64,000 bases of DNA from contig OY970194.1 of the NCBI GenBank assembly GCA_963708075.1, positions 5,728,001-5,792,000 of the forward strand, written 5' to 3'. This document shows, in pieces, positions 58,829-64,000 of the stretch. This DNA is from Sedimentisphaerales bacterium (GTDB lineage Bacteria; Planctomycetota; Phycisphaerae; Sedimentisphaerales; Anaerobacaceae). The notes beneath the pieces were generated by a model. That model ran no database searches. It saw nothing but the letters and a program-made list of their open reading frames with translations, and was not told the origin of the DNA. Within the stretch, counting starts at the first letter, position 1. Every line of letters starts with the position of its first letter. The translations under genes and the position numbers were made by a program.

Positions 58829-60424
58829 ATGACGCTCTTTCGAAGGACGAACCCGCGGCGAGACCACGTGCGCCGGAACATTTCCGGCGATCGGCCTCAA
58901 TGGATGGCACGGCTGGCGGACACGGACTTGCTCATCGCCCTGCTGCTGTGGCTGCTGTTCGTGGCCGGCTGCATTGGATCGCTGTCCATCGGGTTGATCG
59001 AGCAGGGAGGGTATCGGGCCCTGGCAGCGCTCTCAGTAATGGTGGTGCTTCTGACCACGGGGGCCAGCTTCTATGGGTTCCGCTGGCAGCCTCGTGCACT
59101 TCGCAGCCACATACGGGGGCTCGCATTGGTCTGCCTGTACGTCCTGTTGCTGGCGGGCGCACGGCTGGGGTCGCTCTCCAGCCAGGAGGCTGTGTGGGGG
59201 CCGAGCTGGGGCACAGGCACGGCGGTCCTTGTCGCCATTGTCCTGGCGATTGCGTACGATCAGCGGTTTGCCATGGGGATGAGCGCGCTCTATTGCATTC
59301 TCGCCGTCCTGGCGGTCGGGCCCAGGCCCGATCAGGGCCTTCCGTTGCAGGGCGTCGGGCTGTTCCTGACGATGTTCGCCGGGGCGGCGGTTTCCTGCTT
59401 TTCCCTGCAGGAGATTCGTACCCGGATGAAACTCCTGGAGGTCAGCGCGTTGACCGCGACGGCCGTCTTTGTGACGGCCTTGTCGGCTGTATATCTGAAT
59501 TTCCGCGGTGAGCCTCCCACATGGATGATCGTGCTGGAGGGAGCCGGATATCATGCGGCGGCGGCGTTTTTGGCGGGGCTGTTGATCCAGAGTCTGCTGC
59601 CGCTGATCGAGCGGGTATTCCACATTGCCACGAGCATGACACTGCTGGATTACTCCGACGCCAACCAGCCGCTGCTGAAGAAAATGGCGATGGAAGCGCC
59701 CGGGACGTTCAGCCACAGCTTGCTCATCGGATCGATTGCCGAAGCAGCAGCGGATGCAATCGACTGCAACGGGCTGCTCTGCCGCGTCGGAGCGTACTAC
59801 CACGATATCGGCAAGATCAACAAGCCCAAGTATTTCACGGAAAATGAGATGGGCTCGGCCAGTCGGCACAAGGAGCTGTCGCCGGCGATGAGCCTGCTGA
59901 TCATCGTGGGCCACGTCAAGGACGGCGTGGAGATGGCCAAAGAACTCGGCCTGCCGAACGTCCTGCATCAGTTCATCGAGACACACCACGGCACTACCCT
60001 CGTCGAGCCGTTCTACCATGAGGCGAGGAAGAAATATGAGGAGCCGGGAGCGGTCGGCAAGAAGCCGATCGAGGCCCCTCCGACGGAGAGCGAATTTCGA
60101 TACGCCGGGCCCAAGCCGAAGTCGAAAGAGGCGGCGATCATCATGCTCGCCGACGGCGTAGAAGGGGCCATTCGCTCGCTCACCGAAGTGACGCCGGCCA
60201 AGGTCGAAACGGTCGTGCACAACATCGCCATGAGGCGGCTGCAGGATGGACAGTTCGACGAGTGCGACCTGACGCTCCGCGAGCTCAGCCAGATTGAAGC
60301 GAGCATGTCGAAATCGCTTGCCGCCCATTATCACGGGCGCGTCGCCTATCCCACCGCGCCTGATGTGCCATCGAGTACGGAGCGCCCGTCGAAGTCGGGC
60401 TTTCCCAGAATGGTCGGAGCATAG
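58829..60424 (+). CDS. Membrane HDIG phosphohydrolase (PgpH/7TM-HD-like, lacking a large extracellular domain)
   Basis: EAPGTFSHS, YYHDIGK, HVKDG, THHGT, MLADGVE. Confidence 0.88.
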   Translation: MTLFRRTNPRRDHVRRNISGDRPQWMARLADTDLLIALLLWLLFVAGCIGSLSIGLIEQGGYRALAALSVMVVLLTTGASFYGFRWQPRALRSHIRGLALVCLYVLLLAGARLGSLSSQEAVWGPSWGTGTAVLVAIVLAIAYDQRFAMGMSALYCILAVLAVGPRPDQGLPLQGVGLFLTMFAGAAVSCFSLQEIRTRMKLLEVSALTATAVFVTALSAVYLNFRGEPPTWMIVLEGAGYHAAAAFLAGLLIQSLLPLIERVFHIATSMTLLDYSDANQPLLKKMAMEAPGTFSHSLLIGSIAEAAADAIDCNGLLCRVGAYYHDIGKINKPKYFTENEMGSASRHKELSPAMSLLIIVGHVKDGVEMAKELGLPNVLHQFIETHHGTTLVEPFYHEARKKYEEPGAVGKKPIEAPPTESEFRYAGPKPKSKEAAIIMLADGVEGAIRSLTEVTPAKVETVVHNIAMRRLQDGQFDECDLTLRELSQIEASMSKSLAAHYHGRVAYPTAPDVPSSTERPSKSGFPRMVGA

Positions 60425-60436
60425 GTCTTCACCGCG

Positions 60437-60907
60437 ATGATTACCGTCGAGGTCAAGCAACACTTTCCAGGGGCGCCGGCAGACCCGTCAAAGCTGAGGA
60501 GACTGGTGCGTGCGGTCTGCAAGCGGCTGAAGGTCTCGCGGGCTGCGGTCAGCATAGGCATTGTCGATGACGCGGAGATGCGGCGGCTCAATGCGAAGTT
60601 CCTCCATCGCAGGGGCAATACCGATTGCCTGAGCTTTGACTTGTCCGATGCGACAGGCCCCAGGGAGCAGCGGGTGTTTGATGTGATCGTCAATGGCGAG
60701 TTGGCGGTCCGCGAGGCGGCCCGGCGCGGGCATGCCGCCGAGGCGGAGCTGGCGCTGTACGTTGCGCACGGCCTGCTCCATCAACTGGGCTTCGACGACG
60801 CCACCGCCGAACAGGCCGCGCGGATGCATCGAACGGAGGATGAGATTTTGCAGGATTTAGGCTACGGATTAGTGTATAATACGGACGCACGGAAGTATGG
60901 TAAGTGA
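60437..60907 (+). CDS. ybeY: rRNA maturation endoribonuclease
   Basis: LNAKFL..TDCLSF, HGLLHQLGFDD. Confidence 0.9.
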   Translation: MITVEVKQHFPGAPADPSKLRRLVRAVCKRLKVSRAAVSIGIVDDAEMRRLNAKFLHRRGNTDCLSFDLSDATGPREQRVFDVIVNGELAVREAARRGHAAEAELALYVAHGLLHQLGFDDATAEQAARMHRTEDEILQDLGYGLVYNTDARKYGK

Positions 60908-60959
60908 CGCTCTGTGCCGGGCGGCCCGTATTTGCAGCATAGTGAAAGGATAGTGGAAC

Positions 60960-62249
60960 GTGGGCTTCATCGGTGGGGCAATATTGTTGATATGCCTGTT
61001 CGCCGGAGCGACCCTGTTCTTCTCCGTCAATGCGATTACGTTGCGGACGTACTCGCTGGTGCGGCTGCAGGAAGCATTCGAGAAGGCTCATGGAGAGGAT
61101 TCCGGCGGGCGCGTCGAGCGCCTGGTGGAGAATGCCGATACACTGGCTCTTACATGTGCCTTTTATCGGCTGCTCTTCAATCTGGGCGGGCTGCTGCTGC
61201 TTTTGGCGCTGATCTCGCGGCTGCAGGAGCCGGCTCACACCATCGCGTACGTTCTCGCGTTCGCCCTTGCCCTGGCGATCTTTTCCATCTTCAGTCTGGC
61301 CATTCCGGACGCCCTGGCGAAATACGCCGGCGAGAGAGTGCTCAGCCGCACGTACGGCATCCTGATCGTCTGCTCCATCCTGGCGGTCCCCGTCGTCTAC
61401 ATACTGCGGCTTTACGATGGTTTCGTGCGCCGCCTGGTCGGCGTGCCGCAGGCCACGGAGCAGGAACAGCAGGAGGAGAAACAGGAGGAGTTCCTCGAAG
61501 ACCTCGAGCAGCACCGCATGGAAGGGACCGTGGATGCGGAGGAACAGGAGATGATCGAGAACGTGCTGGAGCTGCGCGAGAGAATGGCGGACGAGATCAT
61601 GACGCCGCGGACCGACCTGATTGCCGTGGACGTCAACGCTGATCTGCCGACGGTCCTGGAGACGATCAAGAAGGCCGGCCACTCTAGGCTGCCCGTTTAC
61701 GAAGGCACCATCGACAACGTGGTCGGGCTCATCTACGCCAAGGACCTGCTGGAGGAGATCGGCAAGAGTCCGGAAGAGTTCCGGCTCCGCGGCCGGATGC
61801 GGGAAGCCTATTTCGTTCCCGAGACGAAGTCCCTGCGTGCGCTGCTTCACGAGTTCCAGGAGCAGAAGCTGCACATCGCCGTGGTGCTCGACGAGTACGG
61901 CGGCACGGCGGGAATCGTCACCCTCGAGGACATCCTTGAAGAGCTGGTCGGGGAGATCGCCGACGAGTATGAGAAGACCTCGCCCGAATCGGTCCGGAAG
62001 ATCGATGAGAACACGATCGAGGTGGATGCCCGGATGTACGTGGAGGACCTCAACGACAAATACTCGCTGGACCTGCCGGACGATGAGGATTACGACACGG
62101 TGGGCGGGTTCGTCTTCTCTCGCCTCGGGTACGTTCCGAAGGCCGGGGAGGAGTTCGAGTATAAGGACCTCAAGTTTACCATCGCGTCCGCCGAGCCCCG
62201 GCGGGTCAAACGCGTCAGAATCCAGATACAGAAAGCAGTCGAACGATAG
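60960..62249 (+). CDS. Hemolysin/HlyC-CorC family transporter (CNNM + CBS + CorC_HlyC)
   Basis: IMTPRTD, HSRLPVY, VVLDEYGGTAGIVTLEDILEELVGEI. Confidence 0.92.
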   Translation: MGFIGGAILLICLFAGATLFFSVNAITLRTYSLVRLQEAFEKAHGEDSGGRVERLVENADTLALTCAFYRLLFNLGGLLLLLALISRLQEPAHTIAYVLAFALALAIFSIFSLAIPDALAKYAGERVLSRTYGILIVCSILAVPVVYILRLYDGFVRRLVGVPQATEQEQQEEKQEEFLEDLEQHRMEGTVDAEEQEMIENVLELRERMADEIMTPRTDLIAVDVNADLPTVLETIKKAGHSRLPVYEGTIDNVVGLIYAKDLLEEIGKSPEEFRLRGRMREAYFVPETKSLRALLHEFQEQKLHIAVVLDEYGGTAGIVTLEDILEELVGEIADEYEKTSPESVRKIDENTIEVDARMYVEDLNDKYSLDLPDDEDYDTVGGFVFSRLGYVPKAGEEFEYKDLKFTIASAEPRRVKRVRIQIQKAVER

Positions 62250-62251
62250 CC

Positions 62252-62997
62252 ATGTTGACCAAGGATCGTGCGGTCTGTATCCGCACTGCCGATTATTCCG
62301 AAACCTCGCAGGTGGTGACCCTGTTTGCCCGCCGGTCGGGCAAAGTCCGGGCGATTGCCAAGGGTTCCAAGCGGGCGAAGTCCGCCTTTGACGGCCCTAT
62401 CGAGGTATTATCGCTCGGCGATATCATGTTCTCAGGCGTTCACAAGGACGCGCTCGCCACATTGACGGAATTCGAGCAGCAGCCGGTTCGCGGGGGCCTG
62501 CGGCGGAATCTGTTCGCCCTGCACAGCGCCCTGTTCGCGGCCGAATTGCTGGATGCTCTGACCGATGAGTTTGATCCGCACCCGGTGCTCTTCGATCATT
62601 TCGCGCAATTCCTGCAGGACGTGGACGACTCGGAGCTGGTGAGTGATCGCCGCGATATAATCATCCGACTGATCCTGTTCCAGGTCGTCTTGCTGGGGGA
62701 GGCCGGCGTGCATCCGGTCCTGAAGGCATGCACAACTGCAAGCGTCCTCTGACGGCCGAGTGGCGCGAAAGCTACTTCAGCAGCGTCGCCAACGGGCTGA
62801 TCTGCCGAGATTGTGAGATGAGCTTCTCGGATAAAATGCGGCTCAACGTGAAGGCTGCTCATGCCATGGCCGATTTGAAGCAGATGGCTCAGGCCGACGA
62901 GAAGCTGCTCGATGAAATCGAACGGTTGCTGATCCACCACTTTACCCACATCCTCGGCCGCCTCCCGAAGCTGGCCCGGCACATCCTTCCCGCCTGA
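62252..62997 (+). CDS. recO: DNA repair protein RecO; -1 frameshift near 62733
   Basis: DYSETSQVVTLF..GKVRAIAKG; zinc finger C..C / GLICRDC completed in the next frame. Confidence 0.88.
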
Positions 62998-63004
62998 TCG
63001 ACTC

Positions 63005-64000
63005 TCAGGTGGATGGTTCGAACAGTCCGGGCGCGTCGGCGGTGTGTTTCTTCTTCTGGAGCTTGAGGCCGAGGTGCTCGCAGGCCTGCTTGGTGATCTC
63101 TCTTCCTCGCTTGGTCCGCCGGAGGAAACCGATCTGGAGCAGGTAGGGCTCGACGACGTCTTCGAGGGTATCGCGTTCTTCGCCGAGCGTGGCGGCGATC
63201 GCCTCGATGCCGGCGGGACCGCCCTCATAGACATTCGCCAGCGCCCGCAGGACGGACCTGTCCAACTCGTCCAGGCCCAACGGGTCGATCTGCTCCATCT
63301 CCAGCGCATTGTCGACGATTCCCGTGCTGAGGATGCCGGAGCCTTTCACCTGGGCGTAGTCGCGGACTCGCTTGAGCAGCCGGTTGGCGATACGCGGTGT
63401 CCCCCGGGAACGAGCGGCGATTCTCTCCAATGTCCCGTCCTCGCATCGCAGCTTGAGCAGTCGCGCGGAGCGATGCAGGATCTGCGTCAGCTCATCGGCG
63501 CCGTAGAAGTCGAAATGGTAGAGCATGCCGAACCGGCTGCGAAGCGGGGCGCTGAGCAGGCCGGCTCGCGTGGTCGCGCCGATCAGGGTGAATCGCTTGA
63601 GCGGGAAGTTGATCGTCTTGGCGTGCAGGCCGCTATCGACCGTGTAATCGACGCGGAAGTCCTCCATCGCCGGGTAGATGAACTCCTCGACCGGCGTGCT
63701 GAGCCGGTGAATTTCGTCGATAAACAGGACATCGCCGATGCCGACATTGGTGAGCAGGCCCATGACGTCGCCGGCCTTGACCAGGGCCGGGCCCGAGGAG
63801 CAACGGATGCGTGCCCCCATCTCGTTGGCCACGACGTGTGCGAGCGTTGTCTTGCCCAGGCCGGGCGGGCCGTAGAACAGGATGTGCTCCAGCGGCTCGC
63901 CTCGCTTCTTGGCCGCCTCGATGGCGATGATGAGCTTGTCCCGCATGTTCTGCTGGCCGATGCACTCGTCCAGGCACTTCGGGCGCAGCGAGACGTTGAA
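63005..64000 (-). CDS. ruvB: Holliday junction helicase RuvB; 5' end lies outside the window
   Basis: LRPK, GPPGLGKTTLA, FIDEIHRL, GATTRAG, RGTPRIANRLL. Confidence 0.97.
   Translation of the reverse strand, partial: FNVSLRPKCLDECIGQQNMRDKLIIAIEAAKKRGEPLEHILFYGPPGLGKTTLAHVVANEMGARIRCSSGPALVKAGDVMGLLTNVGIGDVLFIDEIHRLSTPVEEFIYPAMEDFRVDYTVDSGLHAKTINFPLKRFTLIGATTRAGLLSAPLRSRFGMLYHFDFYGADELTQILHRSARLLKLRCEDGTLERIAARSRGTPRIANRLLKRVRDYAQVKGSGILSTGIVDNALEMEQIDPLGLDELDRSVLRALANVYEGGPAGIEAIAATLGEERDTLEDVVEPYLLQIGFLRRTKRGREITKQACEHLGLKLQKKKHTADAPGLFEPST

Noticed and set aside
17774..62740. Real pseudogenes or programmed frameshifts in GH16-GH29, TVP38, DHH, GT4, phosphoesterase, lipoprotein, HIT and recO
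   Set aside because: Isolated small indels with no other decay and no slippery heptamers, including in housekeeping recO; sequencing error is more parsimonious.

Overview
GC-rich bacterial chromosome segment, most consistent with an anaerobic planctomycete (Phycisphaerae-like). This is an inference from gene content: a Tat-exported Gfo/Idh/MocA oxidoreductase, GH16/GH29 modules, a Re-citrate-synthase-like enzyme and planctomycete-type hypotheticals. Most of the window is core genome: rpsB-tsf-pyrH-frr, rimO-pgsA, a pdaD-speB-DHS-like polyamine operon, tRNA-Leu(TAA), trxA-trxB, ilvD, HIT-dgt-pgpA, gloB, purA-uppS-cdsA-phoH-HD-ybeY-hlyC-recO, and a partial ruvB. Six things stand out. (1) The first ~3 kb look like the right end of an integrated element (divergent serine recombinase, phage-like Cys protein, lipoprotein); it appears to have split the host yjbQ while carrying its own intact, diverged yjbQ. 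(2) A cas-less array of six 17-bp direct repeats with unique spacers lies just upstream of tRNA-Leu. (3) A family of heptamer-built inverted repeats occurs several times, once in frame inside dGTPase. (4) There are several REP-like palindromes. (5) A complete ISAs1 with a 10-bp target-site duplication and a hicBA pair are present. (6) About nine single-site frameshifts look like long-read errors, and all four insertion-type ones fall on a GGTCTC/GAGACC-like motif, possibly a methylation footprint. All family calls come from motif recognition by eye; no database search was run.
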